NCBI GenBank assembly: GCA_031280685.1
Contig: JAITGM010000026.1
Span: 1,888-65,887, forward strand
Length of the DNA stretch: 64,000 nucleotides
Reading direction: 5' to 3'
From: Christensenellaceae bacterium
GTDB taxonomy: Bacteria > Bacillota > Clostridia > Christensenellales > UBA1750
Part shown: positions 24,606 through 33,359 of the stretch, piece by piece
Layout: each line of letters begins with the position of its first letter
How positions within the stretch are numbered: the stretch's first letter is position 1
The notes under the pieces: generated by a model
Told to the model about the DNA's origin: nothing
Database searches by the model: none
Seen by the model: only the letters and a program-made list of their open reading frames with translations
Translations under genes and position numbers: made by a program

Positions 24606-26978
24606 TTGGACACTCCTGCATGTATAAACGAAATTAACACCACGCTGCCCCAGGGCACGCCCGCAAGATACCTTTCAGCGGGCACACCGCTGTTTTGCGC
24701 CTATGGCTGCGCCCTGCTGGAACGCCGGACGGCAAAAAGCTATGTATACACAGCGGTCAACCTGTCAAACGGCAGATCGGTAATACTCCGGCGCAGTCTG
24801 CGCCCACTGGATGATGGCATGTACCCCGTCATGGCCGAAAAGATACGGGCATCATCCGTTCGCGGCCCCGGGCGTAACGAGGTCGACTCCGCGCCCGGCG
24901 AGAGGATACCCCAGGCAAAACTTGCGGAAGTTCTCGCGCTCATCTTTACGGATGTTCTGCCCAGGTACGGGTATGTTGTGCGCGAAAACCAGATCGGGCT
25001 GGCGAACCACATCCTTGACGCCCTGCGCCGCCGCGCCATATCCCTCGCCGAGTCCGAGGTTGGCACCGGCAAAACCCACGCCTATCTCGCGGCGTCTGTC
25101 CTCGCCAAGCGCGGCCGGCTGAACGATTTCTGGCTGCGGGGGCATTATCCTTCCCAAAGCTACGCAGAAAGCGCGTATATGCCCATTGTGATCGCCACAT
25201 CCAGTATTGCGCTTCAGCGCGCCATCGTAAAAGAATACATCCCCGAATTATCCCGCAGCCTCATGGATCACGATATCATCCGCACACCGCTGACCTTCGC
25301 CGTGCGCAAGGGCAAAGAGCATTATCTGTGCGAAAAACGGCTGCAACAGTTCTATGACGACGCCGACGAGCGGACAAAGCACCTGCTCCACCCCCTGCTG
25401 GATGAAGATGCACCCTGCGACCTGGGCGACTCGAACGGGCTGACACAGTTCATGAAGCGCAAAATCTGTGTGCAGGGAAAGTGTAGCGTGCATTGCCCAG
25501 GCCATTCGTCCTGCCGGTACACCTGTTACCTTGCCGAGGCCAACGACCCGATGGTGGATATACAGGTTACCAATCACAACTATTACCTGGCGGATATATT
25601 TCACCGCGTGAAGGGCAAACGGCCACTTCTGCCACACTACCAGCTTGTAGTCATTGACGAGGCACACAAGTTTTTGCAAGCGGCCCGGCAGATGTACGGC
25701 CTGGAGCTCGCGGAGGCAAGCATGCTCTCGCTTGTAGAGGGCATACACAGCATTGTGAGCGGAAAATCGGACACCGGCGTCAACGTCCACAGGCTTGCGA
25801 AGAAGCTGGGGGGCCAGAACAAGCAACTTTTTCAGCGCCTGCGTGAGAATACCCCGTGCGTGGAGGATGACGAGACGGAACGCTTTGCCGCCGTTATTGA
25901 CGAACAGGCACAGCGGCATTTGAAGAACATATCGGGCATCGCGGCTGACCTTACCATCGCCATGAATAACAGTTATGTGGTACCACGCTTTATGGATCGT
26001 AAATCGCAGATACTATGGGAACTTGGACGCCTGGAGGAAACGGCCGCCGCGTTGCAGAAGCGCGACGGCCTTATTTGTTGGCTGGAGCAGTCCGATGGAG
26101 CCGCCGTCGGCGATGCAAAACTCTGTGCCATTCCCAAGAACCTGGACGAGCGGCTGCATGAGGATATCTGGAACGCCGGTATCCCCATCATACTGACGTC
26201 CGGCACCCTGTCTGCTGCCGGGGACTTCAGCCGCACAAAGCACTCGCTTGGCATTGCCCGCATGGATGAGCATCGGGTGATGGAGACCAGCAAGCCTTCG
26301 CCCTTTGATTACCGTCAAAATACGTTGCTGTATATCAGCAACGCCGTTCCTTTCCCGGACTACAAGGACAGGGCATATCTGGTGGCAGTGGCGGACGAGG
26401 TCGAACGGCTGGTTCATGCATCTCATGGATACGCCGCCATTCTGTTCACATCATACAGTGCGATGGGGATGGTGTATTCCATGCTCCGGGCACGCGGCCT
26501 GCCGTTCCCGCTGTTTCAGATGGGTCGGCGGGACACTGCCGCATTGGAAAAATTCAAGGCCAACGGCAACGGCGTCCTGTTCGCGGCGGGTGCACTGTGG
26601 GAGGGCATAGATATCCCAGGAGACGCCCTTTCCATGCTCATCATCGTCAAGCTGCCCTTCGCCGCGCCCGATCCCATTGGCGAGTATGAAAAGGCGTTGT
26701 ACGGCGGCATGGAGGCTTACAAAGCGAAGGCCCTTGTGCCTGACATGCTGGTGAAACTCAAGCAGGGTTTCGGTCGGCTGATCCGCACCGAAACTGACAC
26801 CGGCATCTGTGCCATCCTGGATTGGCGTGCCCGCAGGGGTGCGGCCTACCACAGCCGTGTGTTGGCGGCCCTGCCATCCTGCCGGATGACGGACTGCATC
26901 GTTGATGTTGAACGGTTCATAGCGGAAAAGAAGCAGCCTGGCTATTTTATACAGCACGGGCTTTCGTTTTCAGCTTGA
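24606..26978 (+). CDS. DinG/XPD (Rad3)-family ATP-dependent DNA helicase with an Fe-S cluster domain
   Basis: Walker A ESEVGTGKTHAYL and DEAH box VVIDEAHKF, with seven Cys between them (CVQGKCSVHCPGHSSCRYTC). C-terminus LFAAGALWEGIDIPG and GFGRLIRTETDTG. TTG start follows GGAAAGGAGGG. Confidence 0.85.
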   Translation: MDTPACINEINTTLPQGTPARYLSAGTPLFCAYGCALLERRTAKSYVYTAVNLSNGRSVILRRSLRPLDDGMYPVMAEKIRASSVRGPGRNEVDSAPGERIPQAKLAEVLALIFTDVLPRYGYVVRENQIGLANHILDALRRRAISLAESEVGTGKTHAYLAASVLAKRGRLNDFWLRGHYPSQSYAESAYMPIVIATSSIALQRAIVKEYIPELSRSLMDHDIIRTPLTFAVRKGKEHYLCEKRLQQFYDDADERTKHLLHPLLDEDAPCDLGDSNGLTQFMKRKICVQGKCSVHCPGHSSCRYTCYLAEANDPMVDIQVTNHNYYLADIFHRVKGKRPLLPHYQLVVIDEAHKFLQAARQMYGLELAEASMLSLVEGIHSIVSGKSDTGVNVHRLAKKLGGQNKQLFQRLRENTPCVEDDETERFAAVIDEQAQRHLKNISGIAADLTIAMNNSYVVPRFMDRKSQILWELGRLEETAAALQKRDGLICWLEQSDGAAVGDAKLCAIPKNLDERLHEDIWNAGIPIILTSGTLSAAGDFSRTKHSLGIARMDEHRVMETSKPSPFDYRQNTLLYISNAVPFPDYKDRAYLVAVADEVERLVHASHGYAAILFTSYSAMGMVYSMLRARGLPFPLFQMGRRDTAALEKFKANGNGVLFAAGALWEGIDIPGDALSMLIIVKLPFAAPDPIGEYEKALYGGMEAYKAKALVPDMLVKLKQGFGRLIRTETDTGICAILDWRARRGAAYHSRVLAALPSCRMTDCIVDVERFIAEKKQPGYFIQHGLSFSA

Positions 26979-26996
26979 GGAAGTCGGCAATGTATA

Positions 26997-27281
26997 TTGA
27001 AAAAACAGAAAGGTTGTGCAGAGATGATGAATGCGCTTAATCCTATTCATAACCACATTCCAATGGAAAACGCCCCGAAGGAAGGAGGCAGCGGTTTGGA
27101 GTATCAGGTGTTGACAAAAGATGATTTATTGAAAATCCTTCCGTTTGGAAAAACCAAACTGGACCAGCTTCTTCAGGCGGGCATCCTGCCTGTTATAAAG
27201 ATTGGGAGGGACTACATTACCAACCACCACGAGCTTGACGAGTGGTTCAAGGCCAACAGAGGGAAGGAACTCTTTTATTGA
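26997..27281 (+). CDS. xis: Excisionase-family helix-turn-helix protein (Xis-like)
   Basis: VLTKDDLLKILPFGKTKLDQLLQAGILPVIKIGRDYITNHHELDEWF resembles HTH_17/excisionase proteins. It lies immediately upstream of the integrase. The true start may be ATG 27024. Confidence 0.65.
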   Translation: MKKQKGCAEMMNALNPIHNHIPMENAPKEGGSGLEYQVLTKDDLLKILPFGKTKLDQLLQAGILPVIKIGRDYITNHHELDEWFKANRGKELFY

Positions 27282-27407
27282 CGTGAAAACACTGATATTA
27301 AGCCCTTTTTAAGCGTCGAAAGAGTGGAATGCAACGGCCAAATAGTGTATAATGGAGGCAGATAGATTGCTTCTTATACACCTGTTGTTGGTCACCGGGA
27401 AAGGTGA

Positions 27408-28628
27408 GTGATGATAGTGCATACGGAGAAATCGTATCAAACACATACAACTTCTCAAACGAGAAAATACGGCGAGGGAAGCGTATTCCTTCGCAGTGAC
27501 GGAAGGTGGGCTGCCAAGTACAAAGATGATTCTTTACCACGACCAATAACACGGTATGCCAAGACGGAGGCCGACGCCAAGCGCAAGCTGCGTGAGTTGA
27601 AGAAGGAAGTGGCCAGAGGTGTTCTTCCGACCAAGAAGGTTTTTGTGCCCGACTACATTGAGCGGTGGCTCTTTACGGTCAAGTGCAACACCATCCGGGG
27701 GACCACGCTGGACAGCTACGAGGAAGTGTTGAACATACACATCCGTCCGAAGCTGGCGCACCGGCAGATGGGCAATGTTACCTCGATGGAGCTTCAGGAA
27801 CTTCTCAACGCGACAATCGGGAAGATGGCCTACCGCAGTGCAAAATGGATCAGGGATTGTTTGAAGTTTCCTTTCGAGTATGCGGAAGCGTGCGGGGATA
27901 TTCAGCGCAATCCTATGGCCATCGTGGAACTGCCAAGCAGCGAGTTTTACATCGAGCCCAAGGATATAGAGATTCTCGAAGCGGACGAAGTCGAGGCGTT
28001 TGAAAAAATCGCCAAGGAAAAGTGCTTTGAGAAAAACTTCAGGCTGGCGCCCTTGATCGTTTTCCTACTTAAGACCGGCCTGCGCTGGGGCGAACTCATG
28101 GCATTGCCATTAGACCTGGTATCTTGGGACTTGAAACGGCTGGCCGTGGAGAAGACGCTGACGAAGGTGAAGAATCGTAACAGGAAGAGCGATGGCGAAC
28201 GGAAAGAGATGTGGGAGTTGCACCCGCCGAAAACGCCTAACAGTATACGGGACGTCCCTATGAGCCAGAGCGCGATTGAATACCTGCAACTGTTTTTAGA
28301 GGTTCGGCAGCATTTCAACCGCGCATTCGACCATACGAGTCCCTATATCTGCAAAACGCCGAGGGGCTGGGTATCCTATACTTCGTTTTACAACTGCGTA
28401 TTCCGTATGCTGGAAGAAGCCGGTATCGACAAAGACATTAGCGGGATGCATTTTACAAGGCATACATTCGCTACACGGCTGCTGCAGCTACTGATTGAAA
28501 ACGCTATCAACCCGGAGTACGCATCGAAGGTTCTTGGTCACAAGAATGTATCGACCACGCTCGACTACTACAGCCATTTATTAAAGAGAGACATGGTAAA
28601 TGGTCTAGAGTGCATGGAAGCGGTATAG
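27408..28628 (+). CDS. int: Tyrosine site-specific integrase
   Basis: Catalytic residues are visible: LRWGEL (Arg), HFTRHTFATRLL (H-x-x-R) and LGHKNVSTTLDYYSH (His, Tyr). N-terminal SAM-like domain. It is the last gene of the element. Confidence 0.92.
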   Translation: MMIVHTEKSYQTHTTSQTRKYGEGSVFLRSDGRWAAKYKDDSLPRPITRYAKTEADAKRKLRELKKEVARGVLPTKKVFVPDYIERWLFTVKCNTIRGTTLDSYEEVLNIHIRPKLAHRQMGNVTSMELQELLNATIGKMAYRSAKWIRDCLKFPFEYAEACGDIQRNPMAIVELPSSEFYIEPKDIEILEADEVEAFEKIAKEKCFEKNFRLAPLIVFLLKTGLRWGELMALPLDLVSWDLKRLAVEKTLTKVKNRNRKSDGERKEMWELHPPKTPNSIRDVPMSQSAIEYLQLFLEVRQHFNRAFDHTSPYICKTPRGWVSYTSFYNCVFRMLEEAGIDKDISGMHFTRHTFATRLLQLLIENAINPEYASKVLGHKNVSTTLDYYSHLLKRDMVNGLECMEAV

Positions 28629-28666
28629 GCTTTTCAGCCCGTTAGAAACCGTTTCAAAACGGAAGA

Positions 28667-28746
28667 AATCTGACACAAATAGGTGTAACATTGGTGTCAG
28701 ATTCATCTGGAAAGAGCGAGAACCCCCGTAAATAGGGGGTTCTCGC
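28667..28746. repeat. Two strong hairpins between the integrase stop and the composition switch (element end / attR-proximal region)
   Basis: AATCTGACAC 28667-28676 pairs with GTGTCAGATT 28694-28703. GCGAGAACCCCC 28716-28727 pairs with GGGGGTTCTCGC 28735-28746. Confidence 0.5.
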
Positions 28747-28791
28747 AAGAAAAGTGGCTGCCGTGCGGGCACGCTTTTTTGCGCAGGGGGC

Positions 28792-28838
28792 TTGACAGGC
28801 GCGGTCTATTGCGATAGTATTAGTCTATCGTGATAGAC
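28792..28838 (+). promoter_or_regulatory. Promoter TTGACA-17-TAGTAT overlapped by two GTCTAT...ATAG(A/T)AC dyads (probable BlaI-family operator)
   Basis: TTGACA 28792-28797 and TAGTAT 28815-28820. Dyads are GTCTATTGCGATAGTA 28804-28819 and GTCTATC-GT-GATAGAC 28823-28838. Confidence 0.55.
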
Positions 28839-28860
28839 CAATGAGGTAGGAGGGGTTCGC

Positions 28861-29226
28861 ATGGCGGAGGGGAAGAGGCTTTTTGAAGCGGAGTACAGGT
28901 TTGCACTGCTCGTTTGGGAAAACGAGCCGATTCATTCGCGAAAGCTGGCGGAGCTTAGCGCGCAGGCGCTGGGCTGGAAGCGCACGACGAGCTACACCGT
29001 GCTCAAGAAGCTCTGCGATAGAGGCATTTTGCGGAACGAGGGCGCGATGGTCAGTTCCATCGTGAAAAAGGAGGAAGCGCAGGGCTTTGAGAGCGCCGCC
29101 GTGGTGGAAAAGAGCTTTGGCGGCTCGCTGCCGAGCTTTATCGCGGCCTTTCTGCACACGGGGACGCTCACGCCTGAGGAAATCGACGAGATTCGCGCGA
29201 TGATCGACGCGCAGGCAAAGGGGTGA
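28861..29226 (+). CDS. BlaI/MecI/CopY-family winged-helix repressor
   Basis: EAEYRFALLVWENEPIHSRKLAELSAQALGWKRTTSYTVLKKLCDRGIL is the typical penicillinase-repressor fold pattern. RBS is GGTAGGAGGGG. Confidence 0.8.
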   Translation: MAEGKRLFEAEYRFALLVWENEPIHSRKLAELSAQALGWKRTTSYTVLKKLCDRGILRNEGAMVSSIVKKEEAQGFESAAVVEKSFGGSLPSFIAAFLHTGTLTPEEIDEIRAMIDAQAKG

Positions 29227-29258
29227 GGGGCATGGAGTAGCTGCCCGGGCTGTTCGTT

Positions 29259-30404
29259 GTGGTTTTGCGCATGAGCCTCGCCGGCAGCGGCGCCATCCTG
29301 GCGGTCTGCGCGGCGCGGCTTTGCCTGCGCCGGGCGCCGAAGGGCATTTCATACGCGCTATGGGCTGCCGTGCTGTTCAACTTGCTTTGCCCCGTTAAGC
29401 CGTCGAGCCCGATCTCCTTCGCGCCGGAGGGCGAGGTGGGAATCGGGCTGGTCGGGGAGGGGGCCGGCTTTACCGCCGCGCACATGGCATTGGCCGTGCT
29501 TTGGCTGCTTGGCGCCGCCGCCATGCTCGCCCGCGCCTTGCTTGAGGGGCATAGGCTGAAAAAGCGTCTTGGCCCGGCAGTGCGGCTAAACGATGGGGTT
29601 TACGAGGCGGAAGGGGTTTCTACTCCCTTCGTGTGGGGGCCTTTGCGGCCGAAGGTGTATCTTCCCAAGAATATGAAGCCAGAGTGGCGCCCCCTCATCC
29701 TCGCTCACGAGCGGGTTCATCTTCGCAGGCGCGACGATTTGCTCGGCATCCTCAGCTTTTTCGCCCTCGCCCTGCACTGGTTTAATCCACTTGCCTGGCT
29801 GGCCTACAGGCTGATGCTCGGCGACCGCGAGAGCGCTGCCGACGAGGCCGTTTTGCGCAATGCCGGCGCCGATATCCGAAGGGACTACGCTCTGGCGCTG
29901 CTCTGCCTTGCGGGCGAAGCGGCCATGCCAGCGCGGCCCGCGTTTGGCGGGCAAAATTTGAAGGAAAGGGTGAAGAAGGTGCTCGAATTTCAAAAACAAG
30001 GCTTGGCCGCCCGGATCGCGGCCGCGGCGTTTGCGGCCCTGCTGGGGCTGGCGCTGCTTTTTGGCTGGGCGGGGAGCAGAAGGCCGCCGGCCATGGAGAA
30101 TTCCATGCTGCGCGGCCTGGTTTGGCGCGGGGCGCAAAGCGGCATGGGTCTACCCGCGAACGCCGACGCACCCAGGCTTTTGGGCACGATTGGGATGCCG
30201 GGGCTAGAGCCCCATGAGGGGGAAGCCAGGCCAGAGGAAGCCCAGGTCATCGTCTTTGCGGAAAAGGATGAGAAATCCTTTGAGATTTACTTTGGGGAAG
30301 AGCACGTTCTGCGCGTGACGAAGGGTTTTGGCGAGGAGCAATTTGAGCTGACCGACCCGCAGGCGCTGCAAGCGCTATTGGAGGGGATGAAGGAGGGCGC
30401 GTAA
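29259..30404 (+). CDS. BlaR1-like M56 membrane metalloprotease signal transducer without a penicillin-binding sensor domain
   Basis: HExxH motif (LAHERVHLRRRDD), N-terminal TM segments, and genetic coupling to the BlaI-like gene. The C-terminal ~110 aa have no recognisable PBP motifs. Confidence 0.75.
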   Translation: MVLRMSLAGSGAILAVCAARLCLRRAPKGISYALWAAVLFNLLCPVKPSSPISFAPEGEVGIGLVGEGAGFTAAHMALAVLWLLGAAAMLARALLEGHRLKKRLGPAVRLNDGVYEAEGVSTPFVWGPLRPKVYLPKNMKPEWRPLILAHERVHLRRRDDLLGILSFFALALHWFNPLAWLAYRLMLGDRESAADEAVLRNAGADIRRDYALALLCLAGEAAMPARPAFGGQNLKERVKKVLEFQKQGLAARIAAAAFAALLGLALLFGWAGSRRPPAMENSMLRGLVWRGAQSGMGLPANADAPRLLGTIGMPGLEPHEGEARPEEAQVIVFAEKDEKSFEIYFGEEHVLRVTKGFGEEQFELTDPQALQALLEGMKEGA

Positions 30405-30628
30405 GGTGGATTCGCTTCCCCCGCGCTGAGTTTGCCCCGGCCATGGGCCATCGGGACACGCTCCAAAGGGCCGGGATGAGTTCGGGATGGAACCCGGCCC
30501 GTCCATTCCCGCTGCGCTGGACCTCAAGTTTTCGCCGCGCTATTCCGTGAACACGGGGCGGCGGCAGACGCAAAAAAATGGCCCGCCGCCCTTGCTGAAG
30601 GGAAGCGGGCTCGTTTTTTTGGCCTTTT

Positions 30629-32275
30629 TTATTGATCCATCGAGCTGCGGATCTGCGCGCGGATGATCTTGCCGGAGGTGGTTTTGGGCAGGGCGTCGAT
30701 ATAGCGCACTACGCGGGGGTATTTATAGGGCGCGGTGAGTTTCTTCACATAGTCCTGAATCTCCTTTGTGAGCGCCGGCGTGCCCTCGTGGCCGGGGGAA
30801 AGGACGATGGTGGCACAGACCACCTGGCCGCGGATTGGATCGGCTGCCGCGGTGATGGCGCACTCGAGCACGGCCGGGTGGGTGAGCAAAACCGACTCGA
30901 TTTCGAATGGGCCGATGCGGTAGCCCGAGCACTTGATGACATCATCGTTGCGGCCCACATACCAATAGAAGCCGCTTTCGTCCATCCAGGCGACATCGCC
31001 GGTGTGGTAGACCGCGGCATAGTGGCGGCTGACGCGGCCATCCGAGTAATAGCCGATGGTCAAGCCCGGCGGCAGGCCCCGGTCGAGCCCGCGGATGACG
31101 ATCTCGCCCTCCTCGCCGACGGGGCACTCGCGGCCCTCTTCATCGACGATTGCGATGTCGTAAAGGGGGGAGGGCTTGCCCATGGAGCCCGGGCAGGAAT
31201 CGAACCAGGCGAAGTTGCCTACCAACACGATGCCCTCGCTTTGGCCAAAGCCATCGTGGATGGGTAGGCCGGTGAGACGCTCGAACTCGCGGTTGACCTC
31301 GGGCGCCAGCGGTTCGCCGGCCGTGCAGCAGTGGCGGACCGACATAAAATCTTCCCGGGTGAGACCTTCGCGCATGATGAAGCGGTAAATCGTCGGCGGG
31401 ACGCAAACCGTGGTCGGTTTTTCTTGCCGAAGGACGTTGATGAGGTTCCTCGCGTTGAACTTGAGATCCTGATCATAGCCAAGGATCGCGGTGCCCGCAA
31501 TCCACTGCCCATAGAGGCAGCCCCAGCCGAACTTGGCCCAGCCAGAATCCGACGCGGTGAAGTGCAGGCCGCCATTTTCGACCTGCTGCCAGTACTTGGC
31601 CGTGACGATGTGGCCCAGGGGGTAGGTTTGGTCGTGCATGACCATCTTGGGCATGCCGGTGGTGCCGGAGGTGAAGTAGCTCAAGAGCAAATCGCTGTTT
31701 TTCAGATCAGGCGCGGCGTATTCCTCGCCCGCCGCCTCTATGCCCGTGGAATAGTCGAGCCAGCCCTCGCGGCTGCCCCTGCAAAGCGCCAGGAATTCAA
31801 GCCCCTGGCACTGCGGGAGCGCCTCCTCGATTTGCGAGAGGCTCCATTCTTCGTTGCAGGCGATGACCATGCGGATGCCGGCGATGGCCGCGCGGTAGGC
31901 GATATCCTTGGCGGTGAGCTGAATTGACGCGGGGATGAGCACCGCGCCCAGGCGGTGCAGCGCCAGCGCGGTGACCCAATACTCCCAATGGCGCTTGAGC
32001 TGCACGAGCACCATATCGCCTTTTTTGATGCCCAGATTTTGCAGGTAACTCGCCGCCTTTTTGCTCAGGGACGAGATTTCGGCAAAGCTGAACTCGCGGC
32101 GCTGGCCGTGGTCGTCAAGCCAGGCGAGGGCGCGCTTGGCAGGCTCTGCCTTGGCCCATTCATCCACGACATCGCGAGGGTAAGAGAAGCTTTCGGGCAC
32201 GAGGATCTCGAAATTCTTCTTGTAATCGTCGTAAGAATCGAAGCTTGTTTTGGCTAAGAAGCGGGAAAGCAGCAT
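30629..32275 (-). CDS. AMP-forming medium-chain acyl-CoA synthetase (MACS/ACSM-like)
   Basis: YFTSGTTGMPKMV, GYRIGPFEIES and PKTTSGKIIR adenylation motifs. ACSM-like N-terminus (FSYPRDVVDEWA). ATG 32275 lies 9 nt after AGGAGG. Confidence 0.85.
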   Translation of the reverse strand: MLLSRFLAKTSFDSYDDYKKNFEILVPESFSYPRDVVDEWAKAEPAKRALAWLDDHGQRREFSFAEISSLSKKAASYLQNLGIKKGDMVLVQLKRHWEYWVTALALHRLGAVLIPASIQLTAKDIAYRAAIAGIRMVIACNEEWSLSQIEEALPQCQGLEFLALCRGSREGWLDYSTGIEAAGEEYAAPDLKNSDLLLSYFTSGTTGMPKMVMHDQTYPLGHIVTAKYWQQVENGGLHFTASDSGWAKFGWGCLYGQWIAGTAILGYDQDLKFNARNLINVLRQEKPTTVCVPPTIYRFIMREGLTREDFMSVRHCCTAGEPLAPEVNREFERLTGLPIHDGFGQSEGIVLVGNFAWFDSCPGSMGKPSPLYDIAIVDEEGRECPVGEEGEIVIRGLDRGLPPGLTIGYYSDGRVSRHYAAVYHTGDVAWMDESGFYWYVGRNDDVIKCSGYRIGPFEIESVLLTHPAVLECAITAAADPIRGQVVCATIVLSPGHEGTPALTKEIQDYVKKLTAPYKYPRVVRYIDALPKTTSGKIIRAQIRSSMDQ

Positions 32276-32289
32276 GGGGCGAACCCTCC

Positions 32290-32638
32290 TTTGGGAATTG
32301 AGCGTTCGAAAAACGGCCTTCATCCTAAATCATTAGGACGAAGGCCGTTCGCGGTACCACCTAAATTCGCAGAAGGCAGGGCCTTCGTGCGCGCTCTGTG
32401 GGCACGGGCCGAAATCTGGCCGATGCCCCGCCCCCATAACGGCGGGCAATCCGTCGTGACCTACTCGCCTTCGCTTTGGGCCATGCCGCTCCAGGACTAC
32501 TTCTTCGGGCTCCTTCCAGGGCGCTCGCACCTCATACGCCCCTCTCTTTGGAAAGAGGAATCCGAATACTCCTTCCCTTCATCGCGTTTCTGACGATTGA
32601 ATTGCCGATAGCATACTACGCTGAAGGGGGGCTGTCAA
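32290..32638 (-). promoter_or_regulatory. T-box leader (candidate specifier GUA, Val) with its promoter, controlling the acyl-CoA synthetase
   Basis: Minus strand: TTGACA (32638-32633), 17 nt, TATGCT (32615-32610). GCGAUGA...AGUA K-turn/S-turn, AAAGAGAG bulge, GGUGCGA distal loop, GAA-GUA-G (GUA = 32500-32498). T-box core AAUUUAGGUGGUACCGCG (32367-32350). Terminator hairpin plus U5 (32349-32308). Confidence 0.8.
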
Positions 32639-32666
32639 GCCCCTCCCTGTGTGAAGTTTTGGGTTT

Positions 32667-33215
32667 TCAGCGCAGGGAGGGATCCGGGTAGGCGGCCCTG
32701 GCGCCGCCCACCAGCGGGGGGCGCGAAAAGGCTGCGTTCAGGTGCGCCCGGCCGATGGAAAGCCCGAGGCGCAGCGGCACGGCCACCCGGCGAAGATGCA
32801 TGCCGATGAGGGTATCCCCAATATCGAGCCCGGCCCTGGCCTGAATGGTTTCGGCCACCGAAGGCTCGCCCAAGTGCAGGTAGTAGGCAGTGGCCAGCGA
32901 ACCGCCGGCATGGGGCTGCGGAAGAACGCAGACCTCGGTGAGGCAAAGGCGCTCGAGCGCTTCGCGCGGGAGGACGAGCGAGCGGTTGAGGTGCTCGCAG
33001 CACTGCACGGCCAGGGCCGCCCCGAAGGGGGAAAGGCCATCCAGCAGGCCATGGAGGATCTCGGCCGCGGTTTCGGGCGAACCCGCGCTGCCGATGCGCT
33101 CGCCGATGACTTCGGAAGTCGAGCAGCCGACGACGACCAGCTCGCCGGGCTTAATATGTGCCTGTTCGCAAAGGGACTTGATGGCGAGCAGGCTCTCTTC
33201 ACGGATGCTTGGCAT
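32667..33215 (-). CDS. TIGR01440/UPF0340 (DUF436) family protein
   Basis: ELVVVGCSTSEV...IG...LAVQCCEHLNRSLV...AGGS is the family pattern. ATG 33215 follows AAGGAGGG. The N-terminal part of the 32667..33425 ORF is discarded. Confidence 0.7.
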   Translation of the reverse strand: MPSIREESLLAIKSLCEQAHIKPGELVVVGCSTSEVIGERIGSAGSPETAAEILHGLLDGLSPFGAALAVQCCEHLNRSLVLPREALERLCLTEVCVLPQPHAGGSLATAYYLHLGEPSVAETIQARAGLDIGDTLIGMHLRRVAVPLRLGLSIGRAHLNAAFSRPPLVGGARAAYPDPSLR

Positions 33216-33359
33216 AAAAACAGGCCCTCCTTCAAGGCGAAGGCGCGCGGCGGCCGCCACGGGCTTAAAAACGATGGAAAACAGTATACCATAAAAGCCG
33301 TGTTGACAGCAAAAATGAAATTGCGGTATCTTGGGTATAACAAAAAAGGGGGAAGCGCG

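Larger units (their letters stand above)
1..28750. mobile_element. Right-hand ~28.7 kb of an integrative conjugative or mobilisable element (Tn1549/Tn916-style order: establishment genes, MobC+relaxase, cargo, regulator/sigma module, Xis-like, tyrosine integrase)
   Basis: Gene content and order. The integrase is the last gene (ends 28628). Composition changes by eye from mixed/AT-richer to uniformly very GC-rich between ~28650 and ~28790. The chromosomal GC-rich repeat family is absent left of 28750. The left end is outside the window. Confidence 0.8.
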
